From a virus (lineage: Duplodnaviria; Caudoviricetes): DNA of 64,000 nucleotides. Position 1 is the first letter of the stretch. Each line of letters begins with the position of its first letter. The DNA is taken from positions 45,930 to 109,929 of IMG/VR virus record IMGVR_UViG_3300028805_000081; one strand, 5' to 3'. The notes under the pieces are model-generated. The model saw nothing but the letters and a program-made list of their open reading frames with translations. It was not told the origin of the DNA and did not search any database. Below are positions 38,271 to 48,337 of the stretch, piece by piece. The position numbers and the translations under genes were made by a program.

Positions 38271-38517
38271 CGGTCTTGACAGATTAATTGAAATCTTTAA
38301 GGATCATGATGTTCAGATCCCGTGTCCCGGAGAACAGAGCTGTTTGTTAAAGTATCTCAAAGAGTTACGGGACTGGCGTACAAATCCTTTTAAGATGATA
38401 AAAGAGAAGTGCCAATCTGAATTAAGATGCACTGAATGTGACTGGGATAGTTGCTGTTGTAATACTCAGTCACGTGTTCCTGAAGATTGGAAGTTTAGCG
38501 ATGAAGAATCTCAGTAA
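38263..38517 (+). CDS. Cys-rich hypothetical protein
   Basis: Overlap packing; start uncertain. Confidence 0.65.
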   Translation: MNDGLDRLIEIFKDHDVQIPCPGEQSCLLKYLKELRDWRTNPFKMIKEKCQSELRCTECDWDSCCCNTQSRVPEDWKFSDEESQ

Positions 38518-38572
38518 AAAAGCGAGTTCATAAACGTGAACTCAGAAAAAGTAAGAAAGGTAGGGGTTTATT

Positions 38573-39070
38573 ATGAGTAAAAAGTTTATGTTTGCAGCAA
38601 CATTAGGTTTTATGGCAACTCTTACAGCTTGTTCATCCAATCCGGACAGCTCGGTATCAGAAGTTTCTGTAACAGAAGAACCGGTAACTGAAGTTACAAC
38701 AGAATTAGTTACATCGTTCTGTGCAGCTTCATCAGCTGCCGAGGTAGTTACTACAGCTGAAAAAGTAACAATTGAGATAGAACCTGATGTATACGATCTT
38801 CTTAAACATGTTGCTGGGAACTACATAACCTTCAGCATTGAAGATCAGGCTAAGATTATGGCTTGCATCATCACTCAGGCTGAGAATAATGGTGGTAATA
38901 TTTATGATATTATAAGAGATAAAAACATAGATATTACGTCTATTTATTACGGTGATGAGCACACAAACTACAGTGATTTAAGCGAAGCGGTCAATTATTA
39001 CTGTGATAACAGAAGTACATTTGACTGTACGGACTATGAAATCAAGGATAATGAAGTAATTTTTAAATAA
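38573..39070 (+). CDS. lipoprotein with a degenerate SleB/Hydrolase_2-like domain
   Basis: LTAC lipobox; S/T/E linker; C-terminal domain aligns with the C-terminus of 47458-48318. Confidence 0.7.
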   Translation: MSKKFMFAATLGFMATLTACSSNPDSSVSEVSVTEEPVTEVTTELVTSFCAASSAAEVVTTAEKVTIEIEPDVYDLLKHVAGNYITFSIEDQAKIMACIITQAENNGGNIYDIIRDKNIDITSIYYGDEHTNYSDLSEAVNYYCDNRSTFDCTDYEIKDNEVIFK

Positions 39071-39075
39071 TAAAG

Positions 39076-39483
39076 GTGAATAATATGTTAAAAATGGATG
39101 TTGAAAAAAGTTTGCACGCAATTCTTAACTGGTTACAGTTACCACAGACTCACGAAGGTATTAAAGATAGTCAGTCTGAAGTTCTATATGCGCTTGCACA
39201 GAAAGATCGTTTGTGGATGAGTTGTAGCTGTACAAGAAACGGGAGAATCCAATTTATTAAGGCGTTAATTAAAGCAGAATTTGAAAGTGACGATCCAAAT
39301 TTAATGAAAGCTTTATTTTGTGCAGAAGTCAACGATTGCTTAAAATCTAAAATGGAAGAGTTGGATAAGTCCATTGAAAAAGATTTAGAAGAAAAGAAGA
39401 AAGAAGTGCTGGGTTCAGATGGCTTCTTAGATTTTCTTAGAAATCTTTGCGATGAACTGACCAAAGAAGAAGATGACGATTAA
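39076..39483 (+). CDS. hypothetical protein
   Basis: AAGGTG RBS. Confidence 0.7.
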   Translation: MNNMLKMDVEKSLHAILNWLQLPQTHEGIKDSQSEVLYALAQKDRLWMSCSCTRNGRIQFIKALIKAEFESDDPNLMKALFCAEVNDCLKSKMEELDKSIEKDLEEKKKEVLGSDGFLDFLRNLCDELTKEEDDD

Positions 39484-39497
39484 AAGGGATTTGAGAT

Positions 39498-40076
39498 ATG
39501 AGAAGAATAATTGTAGCAGTCGATATTGATAACTGCCTGTGTAATACAACCGAAGCTGCATTATCAGTGTATAATGAAGATTGGAACGACAACCTTACGG
39601 TCGATGACATTAAGACTTATTGGATAGAAAACTATGTAAAACCTGAAGCAAAAGAAGTGTTTTATAAGTATTTCCTGTCAAAAATCATGTGGAAGCGTGT
39701 GAAACCAATCAACATTGATGATATACAGCGACTTATAGATGATGACAGATTTGATGTTTACTTTGTAACAGCAACCGCAGCTGAGAATTGTGCAAAGAAA
39801 ATATCATTTCTGTCTAAGCATCTGAAAAGAATCAACGTATCTGATAAGTTTATCAGAACGACACATAAGGAACGTGTTGATGCTGGTGTGCTTATTGATG
39901 ACTGCACAGATAACCTTAATGCTAATCCGTATAGAATTAATCTTTGCCTTGCCTACCCATGGAATTGTGACTTCTCAGGCAGAAGATTTGATACTATGAA
40001 GGAAATAGTTGACTGGTTAATAAACAATGTAAAATTTGATGAACATAGTTGGAGTTATTTTATTTACAAGGAGTAA
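39498..40076 (+). CDS. 5'(3')-deoxyribonucleotidase (HAD/NT5C family)
   Basis: VAVDIDNCL; FVTA; LIDD; YPWN. Confidence 0.85.
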   Translation: MRRIIVAVDIDNCLCNTTEAALSVYNEDWNDNLTVDDIKTYWIENYVKPEAKEVFYKYFLSKIMWKRVKPINIDDIQRLIDDDRFDVYFVTATAAENCAKKISFLSKHLKRINVSDKFIRTTHKERVDAGVLIDDCTDNLNANPYRINLCLAYPWNCDFSGRRFDTMKEIVDWLINNVKFDEHSWSYFIYKE

Positions 40077-40079
40077 ACC

Positions 40080-40412
40080 ATGAAAATATGTGATGAAATG
40101 ATTAAGTTTCGGGAAGGCTTAGATAAGCGTAAGATCAGATGGAAAGATGACAGCACTATCTGACCGGACGAATATATTCATCTTATGATGAGCAAGGGAT
40201 TTTCCCGAATTGATTCAGATATTACGATATACAGAACTCATTTTACACATAAAGATAAGCGGTATAGTGTTGTCTATGGTTATGGCACTTATGGCGGAGT
40301 AAGACCATTTGAAAATCCTGCTGATCGGGGTTTGCTTGAAATAATGGTCGAAGATAAAATTACAGGCTGGCTTACAGCTGACGATATATTTAAAATTCTT
40401 GACAAGGAGTAA
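40080..40412 (+). pseudogene. hypothetical gene interrupted by an in-frame TGA at 40161
   Basis: AGGAG RBS + ATG at 40080, in frame with ORF 40185-40412. Confidence 0.7.
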
Positions 40413-40414
40413 AT

Positions 40415-40864
40415 ATGAATACCGATAAGATTAAGATAATTAATGATCTTAAAAAGAAGTATGATTTTATTGTTGCTGAAACAAAAGAGGCGGTAATGAG
40501 AGCTGGGAATCTCTATGTAGCTAATTATGCAAATCTTATTAAAGAAATTTTTGCTGAAAACGGCATTGTTGTTATTAAGTCTGATGAAGACGTTGAAAAG
40601 GCAACAAGAGTAAAAGTATGTGAAATTGAAGGGATATTGAAAATTGACTTCAATGTAAGTAGTCTTTGGATGTATTCTCCACTTGATGTTATTAAATTCT
40701 ATCCGATTACTAAGACTGGCAAGGTGTCAATGGTATCTAAAAATATGTGTGTTTATAATCTTAAACGTACTTTAAAAGATTATGGATTTGATAAAGACAT
40801 TCCAAATTCAGTGTATTGGTATGAATTAGAAGCCTTTGCAAAAGCTATTGAAAAAGTAAATTAA
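40415..40864 (+). CDS. hypothetical protein
   Basis: AAGGAG RBS. Confidence 0.75.
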   Translation: MNTDKIKIINDLKKKYDFIVAETKEAVMRAGNLYVANYANLIKEIFAENGIVVIKSDEDVEKATRVKVCEIEGILKIDFNVSSLWMYSPLDVIKFYPITKTGKVSMVSKNMCVYNLKRTLKDYGFDKDIPNSVYWYELEAFAKAIEKVN

Positions 40865-40881
40865 GGCAACGAGGTAAGAAT

Positions 40882-41643
40882 ATGTTACTTAAAATCACTG
40901 AAAAGTGTTCTATGGGATGCACGCACTGTATGAATAATGCAACTCCGGACGGTCAGCATATGTCTGAAAAGGTGTTTGATGATAGTCTTGACTTCTTAAT
41001 TAAAAATAATGTACATCAGTCTATTATCTTATCAGGCGGTGAACCAACCGAACATCCGGACTTCGTATTTCTCATTCAGAAACTTATATCTAAGTTTGAA
41101 TATGAAAAGAAGCGTACTATTGTAAGTATCACAAGTAATGGATTTTGGTGTCTTGACAACCCGGAAGTATCTAAGACAATTGCTAAAGGATCTGAATATG
41201 TAACTGTCTTTTGGCAGATTTCAACTGATAAAAGGTTTTATCCAAAAGAGCTGCCTTTACACAAGAAGTTATGGCGTGAAGAAAACTTTACCTTTTGTGA
41301 AGATTGTTGTGAACGAATCTATCCGCAAGGTAGAGCATTAACAAATAATATTCCTTGGCAGTCTAAAGCCTCAAAATGTTTTAATGTCCGGGCGATCACA
41401 AAACAATTGCCAAATCCTACTATAGAGTCTGTAGTAAATGCTCTTATGCAACGTCAAAAGTTCTGTACTCCAGCAATCAGAATTGATGGCAGTATAGGTG
41501 TCGGTGAGTCTGATTTATGTCCGAAAGTAGCATCAATTTATGATAGTTCTGATGAGATCATACGTAGGATAAAGGAATTTAAGTGTCATCAGTGCGATCA
41601 TATCAATGATAAGTTACCGAATTTATATAAGAGATTTTTATAA
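40882..41643 (+). CDS. radical SAM protein
   Basis: CSMGCTHC; SGGEP; TSNG. Confidence 0.9.
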   Translation: MLLKITEKCSMGCTHCMNNATPDGQHMSEKVFDDSLDFLIKNNVHQSIILSGGEPTEHPDFVFLIQKLISKFEYEKKRTIVSITSNGFWCLDNPEVSKTIAKGSEYVTVFWQISTDKRFYPKELPLHKKLWREENFTFCEDCCERIYPQGRALTNNIPWQSKASKCFNVRAITKQLPNPTIESVVNALMQRQKFCTPAIRIDGSIGVGESDLCPKVASIYDSSDEIIRRIKEFKCHQCDHINDKLPNLYKRFL

Positions 41644-41653
41644 GGAGAGAATT

Positions 41654-41941
41654 ATGAAATCAACTAGTAATTTCACAATTCTTAGAGGTAATACTGGTAT
41701 TGTTGTTGCAGTCAATGGTACTAGAGTAACTTCAAATAAAGTCTATGGCGAGCTAACAATAGTGAATAATTTTGTTATTGACGATGATTCTGTGCTTAAA
41801 GCTGTCACTGAAAAGCTGACAACAAAAGAAAAGTTACAAAAGATTCAGCAATGGTTATTAAGCAATAGGGATAATTTTAAAAAAGAAGAGCTGACAGACG
41901 ACCTTAACCGTATTGTAACAACGATCAATGAAATAAGGTGA
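41654..41941 (+). CDS. hypothetical protein
   Basis: AAGGAG RBS supports the ATG at 41654. Confidence 0.7.
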   Translation: MKSTSNFTILRGNTGIVVAVNGTRVTSNKVYGELTIVNNFVIDDDSVLKAVTEKLTTKEKLQKIQQWLLSNRDNFKKEELTDDLNRIVTTINEIR

Positions 41942-42120
41942 TTTTGATGACTATTGACGAAGAAATGAACCAGATTGTCACTTGTAAATACTGCAAAGGC
42001 AAATCACTGTACGGTGAGATGATGTGGCTTAATGGTAAAGAAATGTGCCCTAAGTGCTACATGAATGAAAGAGCAGCCGAAGATGCTAAGATGAAAGAAC
42101 GTGAACACAATGAACGCTAA
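41938..42120 (+). CDS. Zn-finger small protein
   Basis: CKYC...CPKC. Confidence 0.7.
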   Translation: MILMTIDEEMNQIVTCKYCKGKSLYGEMMWLNGKEMCPKCYMNERAAEDAKMKEREHNER

Positions 42121-42625
42121 ACAGTTAATGGTTTGTGCAGCAATTATTGAGATCCTTCAGATATTTGCAGATACAGAGATAGGTGGTCACTATGAAATCG
42201 ACTATGATAAGATAGCTGATTATGTTAATTCTTTCCGATGTTCTGCGGAATACTTTGAATGTTTAACTAAAGAAGATGTTTATGAGCGATTCACACAGGA
42301 TATCTATGCCGGACTTCCGGTTTGGAGATGGCTGAAATTACCGGAATGGACTGTGAATATGGTAGAGCGCACATTTGAAGATGAGTGTCAGGCTGAGTAC
42401 CAGGAGATGTGTAGGATATATAAGTGCCTTACCTGTAAGCATTATGAAGCTCAGAATACAGAGATTGGTGTATTTCAGAAGTGTAATTATCGTAAGGAAG
42501 AACCTGATAGAATGTATAAGCGACATTCTCATGCTCTTAGACGTGACGATGGATCGTTTGAGTTGAAGAAAAAGTGCAAGAATTATGAAGTAAAGGTGGC
42601 TGAAGAATATGGTAACACCCGTTGA
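42101..42625 (+). CDS. hypothetical protein
   Basis: Overlap packing. Confidence 0.7.
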   Translation: MNTMNAKQLMVCAAIIEILQIFADTEIGGHYEIDYDKIADYVNSFRCSAEYFECLTKEDVYERFTQDIYAGLPVWRWLKLPEWTVNMVERTFEDECQAEYQEMCRIYKCLTCKHYEAQNTEIGVFQKCNYRKEEPDRMYKRHSHALRRDDGSFELKKKCKNYEVKVAEEYGNTR

Positions 42626-42806
42626 TGTTTGTGACGATTGTTTTAATTGTTATTTCTATAAAGAACATAATGAACACGGTAAGTGGGAAACTAATAAGGT
42701 TGCGTTTATGAAAACCTGTTCATTATGCGATAAGTCTGTTGATCAATCACACGATTACAATTATTGCCCGAACTGCGGTGCAAGGATGGATTTAGAGGGA
42801 GAGTAA
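42609..42806 (+). CDS. Zn-ribbon protein
   Basis: HGKW...CSLC...YCPNCGARMD. Confidence 0.75.
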   Translation: MVTPVDVCDDCFNCYFYKEHNEHGKWETNKVAFMKTCSLCDKSVDQSHDYNYCPNCGARMDLEGE

Positions 42807-42807
42807 T

Positions 42808-43293
42808 ATGGAAACAACGAACGAACAGATTAAAAAGCTCGAAGCTGATAATCAGGCTCTTAAAGAAGGTATACACGTTATGACAGAGCAGTTAGTTGAC
42901 TTACAGAATGCCAATGAACAAGCTGAGTATTATAAAGAGAGATATGAGAAGGCATTTGAAAAGTTGCAAAGTCTTAGTGCCGAGAATGAAGATTTAAAAA
43001 GACAGAACGAGGACTTTCAGACTATCTTACACGAGTTTGCGGAGAGAGTAAGGGAGAAACGCAAACTACAGGAAAAGAAGTCCAATAATCCTTTGTGTGA
43101 ACATATAATGGCTGTCAAAGAGAAACAGAAAAATAATGAAGAAGCACATTGGACTGAGCATTATGATTCTCAGAGTGGTATCACTTTTGAATGTTCTAAT
43201 TGTGGTTATGATTCATTGAATGAAGAAAAGGTGTGCCCTCAATGCTTTAAAACAATGGGTAAAACTGTAGTTCATAAGTCATGTTGGCATTGA
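42808..43293 (+). CDS. coiled-coil + Zn-ribbon protein
   Basis: Heptad repeats; CSNCG...CPQC. Confidence 0.75.
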   Translation: METTNEQIKKLEADNQALKEGIHVMTEQLVDLQNANEQAEYYKERYEKAFEKLQSLSAENEDLKRQNEDFQTILHEFAERVREKRKLQEKKSNNPLCEHIMAVKEKQKNNEEAHWTEHYDSQSGITFECSNCGYDSLNEEKVCPQCFKTMGKTVVHKSCWH

Positions 43294-43457
43294 TAGCAGA
43301 ATAGGATTTCATAATCCTGATTGTATGGATGTCCCGGAGAATTGGTGTAGTTTTGCATCCGCATATTTCTGCCGGGATGTATTGCCGAGGGATTTGATTA
43401 TCGAAAAACTTGATAAGTATAACTGCCCACTTATGTAAACAAATTTCTTTAATATCA

Positions 43458-43486
43458 TTGACAATCAGAAATGTATATGATATAAT
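43458..43486 (+). promoter_or_regulatory. sigma-A promoter of the methyltransferase operon
   Basis: TTGACA-17bp-TATAAT; operator copies on both sides. Confidence 0.85.
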
Positions 43487-43568
43487 ATTAGTATCGGATA
43501 TTTGTTTCCGATTTTATTTTACGACTATGTAATCATAGTTCTACAATATAAGGAGAAATGAGAAAAGT

Positions 43569-44445
43569 ATGAGAGTTCTTTCACTATTTGACGGAATCAG
43601 TTGTGGTCGTGTTGCCCTTGACAGAGCCGGTATACCTGTTGAAACTTATGATGCATATGAGATAGATCCAAACGCTATCAAAGTAAGCACTAAAAATTAC
43701 CCTGATATTAAACAGCATGGTGATGTAGTTGATGCTGATTTTACTCAGTATAAAGGCTATGATCTGCTTATCGGGGGAAGTCCATGCCAGTCACTTTCTA
43801 TTACATTAAGTAAAACAAGGACACATTTAGAAGGCAAAAGCAAGCTGTTTTATGAGTATGTAAGAGCTAAAAATGAAATAAATCCTAAATGGTTTTTATT
43901 TGAGAATGTAGCCAGTATGAATGATGAGAGCAAGAAAACGATTTCTGAATTACTTGGCTGCGAACCAATCTTTATTGACAGTGCTGATTTTTCTGCTCAG
44001 ACTCGTCCACGTTTATATTGGACTAATATACCGGTAGCTGAATGGGTTAAATCTAAGGCGGTATTAAAGGATGTTTTAGAAGATAGTGTTGATGAAAAGT
44101 ATTATTACTCATATCCGGTGAAAGATATTGATATGAGCAAACAGGTATGTGCAACATTAGATTGTAAAAATCATGAAATGCATAAGCGTGTTTTTAACCC
44201 TCATTTTAAATGCCATACATTGACCTGTGTCAGCGGGGGGGCAACAAAAGAAAGTTATGCAACATGGCAGAGTGAGAAAGCTAACGCCTGTTGAATATGA
44301 ACGACTTCAAACATTGCCTGATAACTATACTGAAGGAATATCAAATACAGCAAGATATACGGTTTGTGGCAATGGCTGGTCTGTAGATGTGATTGCTCAT
44401 ATCTTCAAAGGATTAAGAAAGGAAAACACTAATGAGAATACTTGA
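43569..44445 (+). pseudogene. C5-cytosine DNA methyltransferase, frameshifted at a G7 tract (44235-44241); probably phase-variable and OFF
   Basis: Motifs I, IV (GSPCQ), VI (ENV) and VIII (QTRPR) in ORF 1; motifs IX-X (RKLTPVEYERLQ, GNGW) in ORF 2; G6 or G9 restores the frame. Confidence 0.85.
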
Positions 44446-45622
44446 ATTATTTGGTGGGATCGGGGCGTTTACTCATGCATTAAAACGCCTTAATATCCCG
44501 GTAGAAGTAGTAGATTATGTGGAGATAGATAAGTATGCAAATACTTCATATAATGCTATGAACGGAACAAGCTTTCCGTGTAAAGATATAAGACATTATA
44601 GCGGGGGGGGTACGCATGATGTTGACATAATCATGCACGGCTCGCCTTGTACTTCGGTGTCACTGGCTGGTAAACAATTAGGAGCAAATGAAAACAGTGG
44701 AACACCATCAAGCCTTATGTATGAATCAATCCGCATTATAGGTGAAGTTATGCCAAAGGTTGTTATTTGGGAGAATGTAAAGAATCTTCTCTCTCCAAAG
44801 CACAGACATAACTATGACGAATACCTTAAAAGACTTGAAAAGCTTGGTTATAAAAATTATTATAAAGTGCTAAATGCTAAGAATTATGGCATACCACAGA
44901 ACAGAGAACGTATATTTACCATTAGTATACTCGGAGAACACAAACCGTTTGAGTTCCCGGCAGAAATAGAACTTACAACGAAACTTGTTGATTTACTTAA
45001 ACCCGATGTTCCTGAAGATTTCTATATCTCACAGGAGAAGATAGATAAGTTGCTCTCGAAAGAGATATATCAGAAGCATCCGGCAGTTTTGAAAGATGGC
45101 ACTGTCAGTGCCATCTGCTCACGGGACTACAAAGATCCTAAATGCATTGTAGTAGGTGCTGATACTCTTGCTATTAAAGAAGCTACCAAAAAGGGATATG
45201 CATTAGCGGGGGGGTATGACTCAGTGAATCTTGAACAGCCTAATAGTGAAACAAGACGTGGCAGAGTTGGTCACGGTGTCGCTCAGACATTAACTACATC
45301 ATGCAATCAGGCAGTAGTCGAACCTGTAAATGTTTATCCGGACGGAACATCAAGAACAATTAAGGCTCAGTATGCGAAAACAAGTGCTGCAAACTTTGTA
45401 AGAGAAGGCACATTTGGTGCTACTGGTGTAAAGCAAGGTCTGCGAGTTAGAAAGCTTACTCCAAAAGAGTGTTGGCGTTTAATGGGATTTACCGATGAAG
45501 TCTACGAAAAAGCTGAGAAAGTAAATTCTAAAACGCAGCTCTACAAACAGGCGGGCAACTCAATTGTAGTAAATGTACTGATGGAAATTATAAAGCAACT
45601 TATGAAATCAGTTGAATTTTAA
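44432..45622 (+). CDS. C5-cytosine DNA methyltransferase, probably multispecific
   Basis: LFGGIG; GSPC; ENV; QNRER; several TRD-like modules; RKLTPKECWRLMGF; QAGNSI. Confidence 0.93.
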   Translation: MRILELFGGIGAFTHALKRLNIPVEVVDYVEIDKYANTSYNAMNGTSFPCKDIRHYSGGGTHDVDIIMHGSPCTSVSLAGKQLGANENSGTPSSLMYESIRIIGEVMPKVVIWENVKNLLSPKHRHNYDEYLKRLEKLGYKNYYKVLNAKNYGIPQNRERIFTISILGEHKPFEFPAEIELTTKLVDLLKPDVPEDFYISQEKIDKLLSKEIYQKHPAVLKDGTVSAICSRDYKDPKCIVVGADTLAIKEATKKGYALAGGYDSVNLEQPNSETRRGRVGHGVAQTLTTSCNQAVVEPVNVYPDGTSRTIKAQYAKTSAANFVREGTFGATGVKQGLRVRKLTPKECWRLMGFTDEVYEKAEKVNSKTQLYKQAGNSIVVNVLMEIIKQLMKSVEF

Positions 45623-45642
45623 CGTTCTCTTTTAAGGAGAAA

Positions 45643-45981
45643 ATGAGAATGACAATTGCAGAAGCAGAAGAATATATATCAGAAAACCTTGAGGACATAA
45701 CTGAATTTATCCTTGAAGATGAAGATGATCACGCAATCATATTGTATAGTCCCGGATATGAAATCCCGGATTACAATATAGTCTGTTACGAAGGCTATTG
45801 GTATGATAAAGCTGAAGATCAGGCAGACTTCTCTTTGACAGCTATATTTAAAGATGGTGAGTTTGATTATTGGGAACAGGATTGTATAGCGGTCACACTT
45901 CATAATTACTTTACAGAACAGGGTATAGATATAGATGTTTATTCACTTCAATGTGAGATAAAGGAAGGATTTATAGAATGA
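45643..45981 (+). CDS. very acidic hypothetical protein
   Basis: AAGGAG RBS. Confidence 0.75.
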   Translation: MRMTIAEAEEYISENLEDITEFILEDEDDHAIILYSPGYEIPDYNIVCYEGYWYDKAEDQADFSLTAIFKDGEFDYWEQDCIAVTLHNYFTEQGIDIDVYSLQCEIKEGFIE

Positions 45982-46937
45982 AAAACTCTAGCCTACATAA
46001 AGCTAAGATGCTAAAAAATGACGAATATTATACTTTATATCAAGATATAGAAAAAGAACTTAACGATTATAAAGAGAATTTTGAAAACAAAATAATTTAT
46101 TGTAATACCGACAACCCCGACACATCAATGTTTTGGAAGTATTTGCATTTTAACTTTGCAGAATTTAAACTCAAAAAAATAATATGCACATTTTATAAGC
46201 AAGGAGAATTAAGCTATAAAACCGAATACACAGGCGGCGATGATAGCAATCTTTCTGCCGGGATAAAAACACAATTAACCTCTGATGGAAATTTCTCAAA
46301 CGAAGAATGCATTGGAATCCTTAAAGATTGTGATTTAGTAATAACTAATCCGCCATTTTCTTTATGGAAACCTTATATAGATATGCTTATTGAAAATAAA
46401 AAGAAATTTCTTATAGTAGGGGATTTGAATTGGATTGCCTATGAACATATATTCCCTCTAATCAAAAATAATTTAATGTGGACTGGAAACAATTATATTA
46501 AAGCATTTCTTCAACCTGATGGAAATCTCGCAAAGTTTGGAAATAAATTATGGTTTACCAACATTCAAAGTTGTAAAAAACGTGATTATATTCCTTTAAA
46601 ACAGAAATATCTGCCTGATTTATATCCAAAATATTTGAATTACGATGCCATTAATGTAGACAAAGTATCTAATATCCCTTGTGATTATGATGGAGTTATG
46701 GGCGTTCCAATTACTTTTATAAATAAATTTAATCCTGATCAGTTTGAGATAATTGGTGCTAATTGCGCTTGTCTTATTGAAGAATTAGGCATAAAAGAAA
46801 TGAGTCAAGAGTGGATTGATTTATATTTTTTACAAGGTTCTAAGGGACATTATACGGCTAATATGCATTGTTTTTGTTATATAAAAGATGGTAAGGCTTA
46901 TGCTCCGTTTAGGCGTATCTTAATAAAAAGGAAGTAG
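45978..46937 (+). CDS. adenine-specific methyltransferase, EcoRI family
   Basis: KNDEYYT; ITNPPFS; YDAINVDKV..IP.DYDGVMGVPITF. Confidence 0.9.
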   Translation: MKNSSLHKAKMLKNDEYYTLYQDIEKELNDYKENFENKIIYCNTDNPDTSMFWKYLHFNFAEFKLKKIICTFYKQGELSYKTEYTGGDDSNLSAGIKTQLTSDGNFSNEECIGILKDCDLVITNPPFSLWKPYIDMLIENKKKFLIVGDLNWIAYEHIFPLIKNNLMWTGNNYIKAFLQPDGNLAKFGNKLWFTNIQSCKKRDYIPLKQKYLPDLYPKYLNYDAINVDKVSNIPCDYDGVMGVPITFINKFNPDQFEIIGANCACLIEELGIKEMSQEWIDLYFLQGSKGHYTANMHCFCYIKDGKAYAPFRRILIKRK

Positions 46938-46951
46938 AAAGGACAATATTT

Positions 46952-47215
46952 ATGTGGTTAAATTTTGGCGAACATTATGCTGGCAATAAAGATAAGCATT
47001 ATTTTGTTAGATCAGAATTAATTAATACAAATTCAATTTCACAAATCATTTTAAAGGAAGTAGAAGGCAAATGGTGTATTGAATTTTTAAGGATTGATGG
47101 AAGTTATATAACATCATTTGATTATTATGATGAAGAAAAGGCTAAAAAGGCATATGAGGAAATAATGGAGAAGGTTCTTGACGGAGATACGGTGAACGTT
47201 TGGATGTTAAGTTAA
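46952..47215 (+). CDS. hypothetical protein
   Basis: AAAGGA RBS. Confidence 0.7.
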   Translation: MWLNFGEHYAGNKDKHYFVRSELINTNSISQIILKEVEGKWCIEFLRIDGSYITSFDYYDEEKAKKAYEEIMEKVLDGDTVNVWMLS

Positions 47216-47243
47216 ATAATAATCAAAAAAAGTAGTGATTAAA

Positions 47244-47390
47244 ATGTCAGAATTATACGTATCTTTAGATGAGGTTTTAGACCTGATAAATGCAACAAAT
47301 GAAACAAATGGTTTTTCAAACTATAACGCTTATTCAGAATTATTTGATGCGGTTGATAGTTTAAACGTTATCGTGAAAGGTGGTGATTAA
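47244..47390 (+). CDS. small hypothetical protein (48 aa, MSELYVSLDEV...)
   Basis: Fills the gap; ends in GGTGAT, which serves as the next RBS. Confidence 0.55.
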   Translation: MSELYVSLDEVLDLINATNETNGFSNYNAYSELFDAVDSLNVIVKGGD

Positions 47391-47457
47391 TATGCTTGTA
47401 GGTTGCTGCGTAATCGCAATTAGTACAGCTTTAATGATATGACGAAAGGACGATGAA

Positions 47458-48318
47458 ATGAAGAATAAAGAAAGAATAATATCGGCTGCATTTATTACAC
47501 TTGTCATAGTAGGACTGTGTAAATGGTGCTATGATGATGTAAATAAGGTTGAAGCTCCGGATGTAGCAGTAACTGAAGTGACAATCACAAACGTAACTAC
47601 TGAAACAACTACTGGTGTAACAACTTCTTGTACAACATCTTGTGCAACTACATTAAATACTACGATAGAAACTACAGAAATATCTACCGAACCAACAACA
47701 GAATTAGTTACTGAAGTTCCGGTTACTGAGATCCCAACTGCTGAAGTAATAATTGAAGAACCTAAGAATGAACCTGTAATTGAAGCTCCGGTTGCAGAAG
47801 AACCAGCTCCTGTAGAAGAATATCTTGTGTATAAGCCGAGTAGCTATTACATTCACAAGAATACATGCCGATGGAACAAGGATGATGCATACAGAGTTGA
47901 TGATGTAACAGGTCTTGAGGCAAGGTTATGTACTGAATGTAACCCGATATGTGAAGGCTATACAGAGTATATACCGCCTGAACCAAAAGTACCGACTATT
48001 TCGGATTACGATTATACGCTTCTTTGTAAGATAGTTGCTTGTGAATATGGTGGTATGCCTGATGTTTATGAGAGAGCCAAGATTGTAGCATCTGTGATAA
48101 ACCAATCAAAATATACCGGTGACTCAATAGAAACTTGCTTGTATCGTTCGTGTGTTCCGTGGGGATTTTGCCCTTGGAATGATTACTTTTGTGGTGTTTA
48201 CTATGGAAATATGAGTGACGCTGTAGATTATTATTTCAATAATTTGGCTGAATTTCAATATTGGGATTGTGATTCATGGTATGGCGATGGTGTATATAAC
48301 CATTTTTATAAAGCATAA
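47458..48318 (+). CDS. membrane-anchored cell-wall hydrolase (SleB/Hydrolase_2-like)
   Basis: N-terminal TM; T/E/P-rich linker; LLCKIVACEYG...IVASVIN. Confidence 0.6.
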   Translation: MKNKERIISAAFITLVIVGLCKWCYDDVNKVEAPDVAVTEVTITNVTTETTTGVTTSCTTSCATTLNTTIETTEISTEPTTELVTEVPVTEIPTAEVIIEEPKNEPVIEAPVAEEPAPVEEYLVYKPSSYYIHKNTCRWNKDDAYRVDDVTGLEARLCTECNPICEGYTEYIPPEPKVPTISDYDYTLLCKIVACEYGGMPDVYERAKIVASVINQSKYTGDSIETCLYRSCVPWGFCPWNDYFCGVYYGNMSDAVDYYFNNLAEFQYWDCDSWYGDGVYNHFYKA

Positions 48319-48337
48319 ATTTAAAATGAGAAAATAA

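Noticed and set aside
40161-40163. Selenocysteine codon
   Set aside because: No redox motif context or evident SECIS hairpin
43271-43438. Frameshifted extension of gene 42808-43293
   Set aside because: An open +1 frame exists, but there is no slippery site or RBS, so it cannot be supported without homologs
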